A DNA stretch of 64,000 nucleotides from Candidatus Saccharimonadota bacterium (GTDB lineage Bacteria > Patescibacteriota > Saccharimonadia > Saccharimonadales > UBA4665): positions 14,848 through 78,847 of the forward strand of contig JABCZM010000002.1 of NCBI GenBank assembly GCA_013289705.1, given 5' to 3'. This document shows, piece by piece, positions 39,815 to 48,907 of the stretch; the first letter of the stretch is position 1, and each line of letters starts with the position of its first letter. The position numbers and the translations under genes were made by a program. The notes beneath the pieces were generated by a model that was given only the letters and a program-made list of their open reading frames with translations, had not been told where the DNA came from and did no database searches.

Positions 39815-40588
39815 TTAACCGAACACCGTCGCATATTTTGCAATAAATTGTTTAATATCATCAAGCTCTTCATCCTTCGTCATAATATAGTGCTCCGGAC
39901 CATGGAAAGTGCTGGCATATTTTGTGTGCATGTCCCAACGTGTCGGTAACACATCTGCTGGTTCATTAGTAAAAGTCTTGTCAAAACAATACTTCGCCAA
40001 TTCCTCGGTGCTCACAGGCGGAGTCGCAAGGTTCACTAGAGGCAACCCGTTATTAATTGCGACTTCGATATCATGCCATAGATTAGCGAGATTATAGTAC
40101 TGGTACACCCCGTCTTTGTGTATCCGATCTAGATTATTGTTATTGAGCAGGTCATAGATAACATTCTTCTTGAGCCCCGTGCCAAAGAGACCGGGCAACC
40201 GCAAAATGGTCGTATCGAAGTTGTCGTGGCAGTATTGCTCTAGGAAATAGCGATTCGCACCGTATGGCAGCAGATCCTCAGCTTCGATAGGCGTATCTTC
40301 GTCTACACCGACAGCAGTCTTATAGACACCGACTGTTGAAATAAGCACCAGCTTATGAACCCGTACTTTCGAGATATGACCAACGTATTCCTTGATCTCA
40401 GCCAGGTCTTTTTCACCTTCCTGGTTGATGCGCCACATCTCGGCTCGGTTTGCGGCACTTACAACCAAGTCGTATTCTCTGCCCTCTATCTCATCAATGT
40501 TTGAAGAGTTGTAAAGATCATCGAACACATGCCGTGCAGCAATATTCGAACCGACAAAACCGGTATAACCTATAAGAGCAGTCTTCAT
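39815..40588 (-). CDS. NAD(P)-dependent epimerase/dehydratase-like (atypical SDR)
   Basis: MKTALIGYTGFVGSNI glycine-rich loop and LISTVGVY. 257 aa. Confidence 0.65.
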   Translation of the reverse strand: MKTALIGYTGFVGSNIAARHVFDDLYNSSNIDEIEGREYDLVVSAANRAEMWRINQEGEKDLAEIKEYVGHISKVRVHKLVLISTVGVYKTAVGVDEDTPIEAEDLLPYGANRYFLEQYCHDNFDTTILRLPGLFGTGLKKNVIYDLLNNNNLDRIHKDGVYQYYNLANLWHDIEVAINNGLPLVNLATPPVSTEELAKYCFDKTFTNEPADVLPTRWDMHTKYASTFHGPEHYIMTKDEELDDIKQFIAKYATVFG

Positions 40589-40599
40589 GTAGCTTCTCC

Positions 40600-41523
40600 T
40601 TAATATCCAATTCTACACTGGCCAGGCCGTGGATGATAGCCCAAAGGCGAAAATTCAGCTTCCATTTGCACTAAATGATCCTCAAAGACCTCATTAGAAG
40701 CGTCAGCATCAAATGGTGCAATAGTATTAAGGACAAAATCGGCAATACGCCGAGATTCCGGCCTTACGTCTGAGCGACCAAGCAGATAATCAAGTTGCAG
40801 CTTGAATTGATCGTAACGCTTACGGTCGAAAACCGGACTACCTGTTTCCTGCGCAACCATAGCTTGAGGATAACGCAAGTCAAAAGAGACGCCACCAATA
40901 GGTAGACCAGCTTCTCGTGCTGCGAGCGGTGTGTGGTACATATATATCCAGTTGTTCATGTTAGCTTCGTTCGCAGGATATCGTGCAAGATGTTCGGCAC
41001 CCGCCACGGTGAACCCACGTGGTCCGCAAAGGGCATCAGCCGGAAAAGCGTGAGTCTGTTCGAGTACCCAGCCCGCCAAACGTTCTGTACGTCGCTGGAC
41101 AGGGGGCATAGTACTCTCTGCGAGGGCAGTCCGGCCAACAACGAGTACGTCGTACGTCGTAAGCCCCTGGATAATTTCGGACGCGAAGTCTGATATATGC
41201 GTCTTTTCAGGTTCATGGGTAACCATATTCTCTGCGGCACCGGCTACTGCGTAGGCAATGCCTTGCTTGCGTTGAGTAGCAATGCCATTAACATCAGAGG
41301 GCAGAACAATTGCACCGCGGCGGCGATGTGCCGCTGCTACCCAGTCACCCATGCCACCATCTTCTGGTGAACCATCGACAACAACCAATGGCCGTCCGCT
41401 ATCGCGCCATCGCTCAGCATTATCGAGCGATAACTCAAACCGAACATCGCTAGGGTCGGTATAGAAAGTAGCTGTCGCACCGACCAAATCTACGCCAGCA
41501 AATTCGCTTGAATATTGTGTCAT
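40600..41523 (-). CDS. hypothetical protein, possibly a GT-A-fold glycosyltransferase-like enzyme
   Basis: 307 aa. LVVVDGSPEDGG (resembles a DxD-containing nucleotide-sugar loop) and CGPRGFTVAG. Noticeably more GC-rich than its neighbours. The family is not recognised. Confidence 0.3.
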   Translation of the reverse strand: MTQYSSEFAGVDLVGATATFYTDPSDVRFELSLDNAERWRDSGRPLVVVDGSPEDGGMGDWVAAAHRRRGAIVLPSDVNGIATQRKQGIAYAVAGAAENMVTHEPEKTHISDFASEIIQGLTTYDVLVVGRTALAESTMPPVQRRTERLAGWVLEQTHAFPADALCGPRGFTVAGAEHLARYPANEANMNNWIYMYHTPLAAREAGLPIGGVSFDLRYPQAMVAQETGSPVFDRKRYDQFKLQLDYLLGRSDVRPESRRIADFVLNTIAPFDADASNEVFEDHLVQMEAEFSPLGYHPRPGQCRIGY

Positions 41524-41563
41524 TTAAGATAAGATCATAGCATAAAACTTCAAGTAAGTCAAA

Positions 41564-42382
41564 CTATCGGCGATACTTACGTCGAGTGGCTTTGAGTAAG
41601 ATGCCCATGACATGGGCATTACCCTTTATAGGACTAATCTTTGTGGGCGTTTTGCCTTTTTTGGGATATTCACGGGTTACCGGGGTTTCAATAAGTTTAA
41701 ACCTTTTGGCGCGCGCGCTTTCAACGGCCAAATGATAATGAAGTTCATAGGTCTTGAAAACATCACGGAACACCGATATGTCCTTATCTAAAAGCAGCTT
41801 TTTGCTGTAAGCTCGAAAACCATTGGTGGTGTCTGTATGGCGATGTCTTGCGGCAATGCTTAAAAGTGGAGCGTGTAGAACACGGACAGCTATCAGCCTT
41901 TCTAGAGGCGTATTAACTGCCCTACCACCCTTAATGAAACGAGAGCCCTGGATATGATCGTAGCCTTCATCCAGCAGTTTTACAAAATCCGGGATTGCCG
42001 AGATATCATCCTTCCCATTCCCGTCCACCACAATTACACCATCATAGCCCTGGTTCATGGCATAGGCGAAAGCCATACGCATTTGTGCACTAAGTTTCCC
42101 TGGTCCCGTCTTGGTTAACAGCGCTCGCACGCCAACAGTTTTCAGAAAATCAGATTCGAGTGAACCGTCCGTGCTACCACCGTCGGCGACCAAAATGTCT
42201 ACGGCCGACACATACCGCTTCATCTTTGTGAGCTGTTTTTGAACCTTCTGGCCTTCATTGATAACAAACACGCATACTGCGTATCGATTCTTTTTGATAA
42301 AGAACTCTTCAAGCTTAAAATCGGGAAATTCCCACGAGGGATTATTTTTTTTAATTAACTCTGCTGGATTCATATCCAACAC
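41564..42382 (-). CDS. glycosyltransferase family 2 (soluble GT-A)
   Basis: VCVFVINEG..., VADGGSTDGS, VVDGNGKD (DxD-like) and GFRAYSKKLL. Confidence 0.75.
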   Translation of the reverse strand: MLDMNPAELIKKNNPSWEFPDFKLEEFFIKKNRYAVCVFVINEGQKVQKQLTKMKRYVSAVDILVADGGSTDGSLESDFLKTVGVRALLTKTGPGKLSAQMRMAFAYAMNQGYDGVIVVDGNGKDDISAIPDFVKLLDEGYDHIQGSRFIKGGRAVNTPLERLIAVRVLHAPLLSIAARHRHTDTTNGFRAYSKKLLLDKDISVFRDVFKTYELHYHLAVESARAKRFKLIETPVTREYPKKGKTPTKISPIKGNAHVMGILLKATRRKYRR

Positions 42383-42383
42383 C

Positions 42384-43361
42384 TTACTTAGTTACGTTTC
42401 TACGAGTTTCATCAGCAATACTAACGGTACTGCTAAGCTCTTGCTTAATATGATACGGTGATTCGTCGCGAGTCTCCTCTAATATCTGACCGATATACTC
42501 AGCCAACATAGCCACAATAAGAAACAGAAAGAAAAACATTATTGATGACTGCATTGAAAGTGTTGTCCAGCCCCTGGCGATATCATCCTGGGAAATGTTA
42601 ACCAGCACTACGTAAGCCGCGTACAGTAAGTTTGTGGCACTTGCGAAGATGCCAAAATAGGTAAGAGCACGAAGCGGGTGACTTGAATAGCTAGACACAA
42701 GATTGATGGCGCGGAGTGCCAGAGCATTTTTTGATGTGCTGTAAAGCTCCTTACCCTTGGGTAACTTGTAGTAGAAATTTTCCGCCTCAAAACCAATCTG
42801 CTTTGCCAGGTAGCGTATATGTTTTGAATAGCGCCCGCTACGGGTTAAGGCATTCACAGCCGTACGATTCATGCCAATAAAGTAAGTTGCGCCATGCGGA
42901 ATATCAATTTTCAAAAACTTGCGATTGTACCAATAAAACATGCGAGCGCCTACATCTTCTAGCTTATTCTGACGGCGCAAGTTTGTGGCTACCCCAAATA
43001 TGATGTCCGACTTAGACCGCAAGCGCTCAATCATAGCTGGTATGTTTTCGGCAGGATCTTCGTTATACAGCACACAAATGTAGTCGCCTATGGCCGCTTC
43101 AACTCCGGCAAAAACAGCCGTGTCGCTTTCGCCGATTTTCGACAAACGCATAACACGAATACAAGCAATCTCCTTCAAGCTAGTCGCTACTGCCTCGACG
43201 TCTTTCGGTAACAGACCATTATCAATCAACAAAACCTCGTAATTGGCGTAGTTTTTCTTCAGTAAGCTTGTTAGTTTTTGCAACTTTGAAACGACATTAT
43301 CAACTTTTTCATCAGCAACAAAAACAATTGTCACAAATGCATCTAGTATTTTACTTTCCAT
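42384..43361 (-). CDS. GT2 polyprenyl-phosphate glycosyltransferase-like (GtrB/DPM1-like, two C-terminal TM helices)
   Basis: VTIVFVADEK..., LLIDNG, a GT-A core, then the TM helices LTYFGIFASATNLLYAAYVVLV and IMFFFLFLIVAMLAEYIGQI. Confidence 0.65.
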   Translation of the reverse strand: MESKILDAFVTIVFVADEKVDNVVSKLQKLTSLLKKNYANYEVLLIDNGLLPKDVEAVATSLKEIACIRVMRLSKIGESDTAVFAGVEAAIGDYICVLYNEDPAENIPAMIERLRSKSDIIFGVATNLRRQNKLEDVGARMFYWYNRKFLKIDIPHGATYFIGMNRTAVNALTRSGRYSKHIRYLAKQIGFEAENFYYKLPKGKELYSTSKNALALRAINLVSSYSSHPLRALTYFGIFASATNLLYAAYVVLVNISQDDIARGWTTLSMQSSIMFFFLFLIVAMLAEYIGQILEETRDESPYHIKQELSSTVSIADETRRNVTK

Positions 43362-44460
43362 AGGTAATCTTTAGCTCCCTGAAAACATCGTAAATATTGT
43401 CTATCTTACCACCCATTATACAGATATAATTGGCGACGCCTCCGTAATGATCTTTGTATAAGATGGGCCTGCTGTCGTCCGCCTCGCTCTGTGGCAGGAC
43501 GGTCTTCACCTCCCAGAGTGATTCACCACTATACGTGACATGTTTCGCAGCAGGCATGTAGCGCTTCACATCAGCTATCATCTGAGGAAAGTGGCTCACT
43601 CGCTCAATATCGTTTAAATATTGATGACTATCCCTGACATGGTCGGGCGTGTCGTGCCACTCACTGTGTGGTGTATAGCGAACATGTGATAAGCTGAACT
43701 TGTTTTTATCCGGAAAAGGCATGAGCGAGAAAAAAGGACCACACATAATAGTAAAGGCTGCTGTCGAGAATTCTTTTGGGACATCAACCAGGCACATTTC
43801 TGTTAGCTCGTGCTTGAGTGGTATTGAAGGCAGACCCGATCTATTGTTCACATTATTAATCGACGAATATGTCGTATTAAGGACGTGAGTCCCCAGGTAG
43901 CTATTCTTGTCCGTCTGAACAGTGATTCCACCCTCACCTTGCCAAATCGAATCTACGCTCTCCCCAACATTAATATCAACTCTCAATTCGGAGAGTTTTC
44001 TGAGTAGCAAGTCCTTCAAAATCTTAGTATTAAACGCATATTCCTCGACTTCGAACACTTGTTCTATGAGTCTTCTGTCAAAAAAGTCCATGCCTATTTT
44101 CGAGGGTTCAATCTTGGCGCCGATTCTCTCATAAAATCTCAGAAATTGATTTGCCGAAACCTTAGAAAAGCTTGTGGCAATTGCGTAATACTTCGTAAAA
44201 TCTCGCACTATGGCCTGTTCATACTCTTGCGAAAATATCGGCAGATTGACTCGTGAACGGAGAGCGGTTAATACGCTGCGCGGATAGTGGTAGCCATTGT
44301 GGACACGCGCCTGATTGTTATACGAAGCCCGTTGCATGACATCCGGCTCTTTTTCAATAACCAGTACGCTAGACTGCCCCAAATCTTCTTTCAGAAATTG
44401 AGCAAGCCTTAGCCCGTAAAACCCCCCACCTATGATTATTGTGTCGTATCGTCTACTCAT
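43351..44460 (-). CDS. FAD-dependent oxidoreductase (GR2/DAO-like dinucleotide fold), specificity unknown
   Basis: YDTIIIGGGFYGLRLAQFL ... VLVIEKE. 369 aa. Overlaps the downstream GT2 gene by 11 nt. Confidence 0.65.
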   Translation of the reverse strand: MSRRYDTIIIGGGFYGLRLAQFLKEDLGQSSVLVIEKEPDVMQRASYNNQARVHNGYHYPRSVLTALRSRVNLPIFSQEYEQAIVRDFTKYYAIATSFSKVSANQFLRFYERIGAKIEPSKIGMDFFDRRLIEQVFEVEEYAFNTKILKDLLLRKLSELRVDINVGESVDSIWQGEGGITVQTDKNSYLGTHVLNTTYSSINNVNNRSGLPSIPLKHELTEMCLVDVPKEFSTAAFTIMCGPFFSLMPFPDKNKFSLSHVRYTPHSEWHDTPDHVRDSHQYLNDIERVSHFPQMIADVKRYMPAAKHVTYSGESLWEVKTVLPQSEADDSRPILYKDHYGGVANYICIMGGKIDNIYDVFRELKITYGK

Positions 44461-44506
44461 TAGCTTCTAGATTATTATTAGTTGAGTTCTCACTTCCGAC
44501 ACTGCC

Positions 44507-44542
44507 TGTTTGTGCTGCTTTATCAAATAGACAGCACAAACA
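44507..44542. promoter_or_regulatory. perfect 11-bp inverted repeat TGTTTGTGCTG-N14-CAGCACAAACA in a divergent promoter region
   Basis: Arms at 44507-44517 and 44532-44542, between divergently transcribed genes 43351-44460(-) and 44626-46461(+). Confidence 0.4.
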
Positions 44543-44625
44543 CTTATTTCATCTTTAAATGATAACGCAAGTAACCGTCGAGACAATTAGCAAGCTTAAT
44601 ACTCTATATAGTATACTTTATACAA

Positions 44626-46461
44626 ATGCCCAAACCTACGTCTTTAAGATACTTTGAAAATGGTTTTGTAAAATTTAGCCTACTCTTTGTTTCCCTGACT
44701 TTTGCGTTCATAACATCGAAGTTGCTTGAAGTCATTATACGGCCGTCAAATCCAGCAGACATTCAAAACTTATATGCGGCAGCCGGCAAGTTTAATCCGG
44801 CGGAAAATTTTATAAGAATCTTGTGGATAGCAGTTTTTTCGATCGTGTTTTACAAATGCCTTAGCCTGTTACTGGCCAAGAAACCTTTGGTTTTTAGGGT
44901 TATTTTTATCTTTCTGGCTGTTTTTAGTATTCTTTCAATTGAAATAGTACCGAGAATTCAGGCATACAAGGGCAATCTCGACACCTTCCATAATGGTGAG
45001 CAGCTGTCTCCTGCTAACGACTTCAATGCCGGCAAAGGACTCTACAGCGGCATGTTTGTGCTTCATGGAGCAGGCGAAGATGTACTAGTCCCGTCATTAG
45101 CACTTCATGCAGCACACAAGGGAGCGAATCCCAACGGTATTAGTACTTATTATTTTCTTACGTCCATACTCGAACTCATTTCAGCGGCACTTTTTATCTC
45201 TCTACTAGCAATATTATTTGAAAATACAGCCCTTTTTATAGCCACGACTTTATGGTTCGTACTCGGCATGTATTCAAGCTTTGACTATGCACGGGACATA
45301 TTTACATGGCTTATATTTGGTTTAATATTCTACGTCGTTGTTCGGCGCAACAATAAGCATAAGACGGCAGCGTACATCGGCGTAGGCGGCTTAAGTTCTG
45401 CCGCCATATTCTATGCGATTGACAGGGGTCTAATCGCCACATTTTTAGCAATCCTTCTCACACTTACTACTCTTTTTGTAAAAACTGCTGACAATGGAAA
45501 ATTATCGCTTACCTTACCTAAAAAAATGGAAAATTATAAAAATGCCGCATTCATCATTGGGAGTATGCTAGTGGTACAACTGATCGGCTTACTAATACTA
45601 GGCTTCGGGCAATACAAAGATTTCCTTATTACTTATTTCGTGGATATACCCAAGTACGAAGGGTTACTTTTCGATTACCCACTGCGTACTTTCAATACTG
45701 CAAACTTTACACTTTGGATACCAATCATACTTATACCCTTTGCAACATTAATGCTTAATGCACTCGTGAGAAGCGGTAAAAAAATCAACTTTGGGCCATC
45801 AGAAGTTTTTGCATTCTTGTTATTGGCCACGGGGATATTATTTCTACAAGGTGGTTACGGAAGATACGACGCAGGCCATGTCGCATACTCAACTCCGGTT
45901 CTTTTTGTCGCAGTGTTTTATATTTCGTGGCTATATACTAAGAAATTTTATGCAGACAAAGAGAAGTTGTGGCTGCCGGTGGTTGCAATCGGGCTTTTAT
46001 TTATACCCATATCGACAATCGACGTCAGCAGACTTAGCGCCCTGGTGAATGTTAGCCCCGGGCAAGTAAAACAGGTCGTGACACTTCCGAGCATACCAGA
46101 TCGAGAATGGATTCCATCATACGTTCAACAGGTGACGAATTTTATTACCAACAACACCTCCAAATCTGATCCTATTTTCGTTTTTACACAGCAGCCCATA
46201 TATTACTATCTAACTGACAGACGTAACCCAACAAGATTTTACATACCATGGTTTGCCGACCCAAAGCCTCTCGAAACCGAACTATTAGCATCGCTCAAGA
46301 AGGATAATCCCAAATACATACTGTACTCTGGTGGTACCGGGTGGGATGATGTTGATGGATCTACTATGCAACAGCGAACACCTACCGTAGACGCTTGGAT
46401 TAGAGCAAACTACCCCGTACAGCATCTGGTTGGCGCGGCTATTATACTATCCAAGAACTAA
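44626..46461 (+). CDS. large polytopic membrane protein with C-terminal soluble domain (candidate GT-C-type glycosyltransferase)
   Basis: 611 aa with about 12-14 TM helices and a ~150-aa extracytoplasmic C-terminal domain. AT-rich. No specific motif recognised. Confidence 0.4.
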   Translation: MPKPTSLRYFENGFVKFSLLFVSLTFAFITSKLLEVIIRPSNPADIQNLYAAAGKFNPAENFIRILWIAVFSIVFYKCLSLLLAKKPLVFRVIFIFLAVFSILSIEIVPRIQAYKGNLDTFHNGEQLSPANDFNAGKGLYSGMFVLHGAGEDVLVPSLALHAAHKGANPNGISTYYFLTSILELISAALFISLLAILFENTALFIATTLWFVLGMYSSFDYARDIFTWLIFGLIFYVVVRRNNKHKTAAYIGVGGLSSAAIFYAIDRGLIATFLAILLTLTTLFVKTADNGKLSLTLPKKMENYKNAAFIIGSMLVVQLIGLLILGFGQYKDFLITYFVDIPKYEGLLFDYPLRTFNTANFTLWIPIILIPFATLMLNALVRSGKKINFGPSEVFAFLLLATGILFLQGGYGRYDAGHVAYSTPVLFVAVFYISWLYTKKFYADKEKLWLPVVAIGLLFIPISTIDVSRLSALVNVSPGQVKQVVTLPSIPDREWIPSYVQQVTNFITNNTSKSDPIFVFTQQPIYYYLTDRRNPTRFYIPWFADPKPLETELLASLKKDNPKYILYSGGTGWDDVDGSTMQQRTPTVDAWIRANYPVQHLVGAAIILSKN

Positions 46462-46474
46462 CTGTTAACGACAA

Positions 46475-46503
46475 TTGACACTCCGCTGTATTGGCTATAT
46501 AAT
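46475..46503 (+). promoter_or_regulatory. sigma70-like promoter TTGACA-N17-TATAAT
   Basis: TTGACA at 46475-46480 and TATAAT at 46498-46503, 30 nt upstream of the 46533 ATG. Confidence 0.45.
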
Positions 46504-46532
46504 TCGCTTTAGTGAAGGCCTAAAATAAAGAC

Positions 46533-47135
46533 ATGACAACTCAGAAAGCAGTCAGAGGCAAGACTTCAAGGAAGCGGCCATTGTTCGCCGTCTCTTTAGT
46601 AGCGGTTATTGCTCTAGTTGGTTTATTATTCGTGTCGGAGTTAACCAATGTGACTCACCTTTTTCACTCCGAGGCACCTACTAAACAAGTTACAGCGAGT
46701 CAAGATACTAAAGGAGAACTGCCAAAAAGTAATACGAGTACTGCCAAAAACAGTCCTACTCAAACACCGAACACACAGATCAATACTGGCCAGCCCAGTG
46801 ATAATAAAAGCACATCTGGTGGCAACACCGACACGAATCTAATAGAGCCGTCGGGCACTTTTGTAAGCGCACATAACGTTCCGACATCAGTTTCCCTGGC
46901 ATCAGTTTGCAATACCACGCCAGGTGCAACTTGTAAGATAGATTTCACTAAAGACGGGGTGATAAAAGAACTTCCCTCAGAAACGACGGATGGGGGTGGC
47001 TCAGCATACTGGAATAGCTGGACTCCAGCTAGCCTAGGTCTAACATCGGGTAATTGGCAAATCACAGCCATAGCACAACTCGGTACCCAGACTAAAACCA
47101 GCGTAGACGCCTTACCGCTAAAGGTTTCGGAATGA
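46533..47135 (+). CDS. single-pass membrane-anchored exported protein, function unknown
   Basis: N-terminal K/R-rich segment plus TM helix LFAVSLVAVIALVGLLFV, an S/T/N/P-rich linker and a small beta-rich domain. The stop overlaps the next ATG (ATGA). Confidence 0.5.
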   Translation: MTTQKAVRGKTSRKRPLFAVSLVAVIALVGLLFVSELTNVTHLFHSEAPTKQVTASQDTKGELPKSNTSTAKNSPTQTPNTQINTGQPSDNKSTSGGNTDTNLIEPSGTFVSAHNVPTSVSLASVCNTTPGATCKIDFTKDGVIKELPSETTDGGGSAYWNSWTPASLGLTSGNWQITAIAQLGTQTKTSVDALPLKVSE

Positions 47136-48898
47136 AAAGGAATCGCTTTTTCAGCGTCGCTTTCTGCTTGATCTTGGGCTTAGCCATGGGCTTGTCCTTG
47201 GCTAAGCCGGTAAGTGCAGACTCATTCAATCAGAACAATATTATAGATGATACCGTTTTTGACAATACCGGTGTAATGAATGTTACTCAGATTGATGGAT
47301 TCTTAAATTCATTTCCAAATAGCTGCATCAGCTCAAATAGTGGCTTTGGTGCAGTCGATCCAACCGGCTACAACCCAACCAGTGGATATACGTATGGTAG
47401 CTATGTAACAGCGGGCCAAGTTATTTATGATGCCGCCCAGGCCTACGGCTTAAACCCGCAAGTTCTCCTTGCTACCCTACAAAAAGAGCAAGGTATCGTA
47501 GTCGGGGCTACGAATTTCTGCAGCAATGGCGACCAAAATAAATACACTGCCGCGGTCGGTTACGGCTGTCCGGATAGTGGCGCTACTTATAGCTACAGCA
47601 ACTTAAACCTGTACGAACGTAATGGCGTAACCGTTTCGAGTACGGGCTCAACTTGCGTAAACAGTCCCTTGAAAGCTGGTTTCTCGCAACAAGTAATTAG
47701 GGCTGCATGGTTGCTCAAATTCGGCGAACAGCGCTCACAAGGCAACACTGGCTGGGCAGTTATTAAAGGTAGCTGGAACAACTCCGACGATCCGCAGACT
47801 TGCTATGGTGGCCCAATGACCCAGGGGACGTACCAGCGTTGCCCGAGTGGTGGTTTGGCCTATTACGATGGCTATACGACGATAGATGGAACGGCCGTAC
47901 ATATGGACACGGGGGCTACAGCGGCACTATATTGGTACACCCCCCACTTCCATGGCAACCAAAGCTTTTTCAGTCTATTCTACGCCTGGTTCGGTCCTAC
48001 ACACGCGTACTTTGGTAATATACCATCTTCAAGCTCAACGTATGCAAGAAGTGCTTGTGATATTCCAGGCTTCGATAGCTCAATGATTGGTCGGCTTTAT
48101 AATCCCGACACACAAGATTTCTTATATACTACAAGTCGTATCGAGGCCTGTTCTGCAGTGAGCTATGGATATATTTGGGATGACGTTGTGATGCAAAACG
48201 CAACCGGCCAAGATGCCATACCAGTCTATCGAATCGCAAATTATAATCGTCATATCTTTACAACAAGCGCTTCAGTCCGTGATAGTGCCATAGCTAGTCA
48301 AGGGTACCATGATGAGGGTGTACCGTTCTATGTTTATTCCACTGCCGGTACCGGCAGAACGGCAGTCTACGGACTACAGTCTGGCCCCACCTTCTTCTTT
48401 ACTAGTGCCGGTAAAGAAGCGGAAAGCTACGTCAACACTTACGGCTATTCATCCTATGGAGTAATCTTCTATACCCCGGCTTTAGATACCGGTGACTTTC
48501 CGGTGAATAGACTTGTCCGCAATAATCAAAGAATATATACGCCAAACCTTGTAGAAGTTGCGAATGCTATGCAGTACGGCTTTCAGAAAGAAGGAACTGT
48601 CTCGGTCGACGATACCATGCCAAACGTGGGCAATATGCCCGTATATCGCCTAAAAACACCCGCCGGAATATATGTATATACCACAAGTCGTTTAGATAGA
48701 GATATAGACGTTATCTACTACAACTGTGTTGCGGAGGGGATGCCGTTCTATAGTCTGGCGTACTCAAACACCCCCGTATATGCCGCCACAAATCCGCATA
48801 ACGGCTTCTGGATCTATGCAAGCAATCCTCAAGAATACAATGACGCTACCAGTTACTATTCATATCTTGGTGACGGGACTGGTTGGTATGGCTACTAG
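47132..48898 (+). CDS. secreted protein: N-terminal LLATLQKEQ-type (putative cell-wall-active) domain plus six DUF5648-like ~40-aa repeats
   Basis: Signal peptide MKRNRFFSVAFCLILGLAMGLSLAKPVSA. AAQAYGLNPQVLLATLQKEQGIV. Repeats of the type [V/L]YR[L/I]xNxxxxxxxYTTS....GYxxEGVxFY (RLYNPDTQDFLYTTS; VYRIANYNRHIFTTS; VYRLKTPAGIYVYTTS, and others). Confidence 0.6.
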   Translation: MKRNRFFSVAFCLILGLAMGLSLAKPVSADSFNQNNIIDDTVFDNTGVMNVTQIDGFLNSFPNSCISSNSGFGAVDPTGYNPTSGYTYGSYVTAGQVIYDAAQAYGLNPQVLLATLQKEQGIVVGATNFCSNGDQNKYTAAVGYGCPDSGATYSYSNLNLYERNGVTVSSTGSTCVNSPLKAGFSQQVIRAAWLLKFGEQRSQGNTGWAVIKGSWNNSDDPQTCYGGPMTQGTYQRCPSGGLAYYDGYTTIDGTAVHMDTGATAALYWYTPHFHGNQSFFSLFYAWFGPTHAYFGNIPSSSSTYARSACDIPGFDSSMIGRLYNPDTQDFLYTTSRIEACSAVSYGYIWDDVVMQNATGQDAIPVYRIANYNRHIFTTSASVRDSAIASQGYHDEGVPFYVYSTAGTGRTAVYGLQSGPTFFFTSAGKEAESYVNTYGYSSYGVIFYTPALDTGDFPVNRLVRNNQRIYTPNLVEVANAMQYGFQKEGTVSVDDTMPNVGNMPVYRLKTPAGIYVYTTSRLDRDIDVIYYNCVAEGMPFYSLAYSNTPVYAATNPHNGFWIYASNPQEYNDATSYYSYLGDGTGWYGY

Positions 48899-48907
48899 CC
48901 TACTAAA

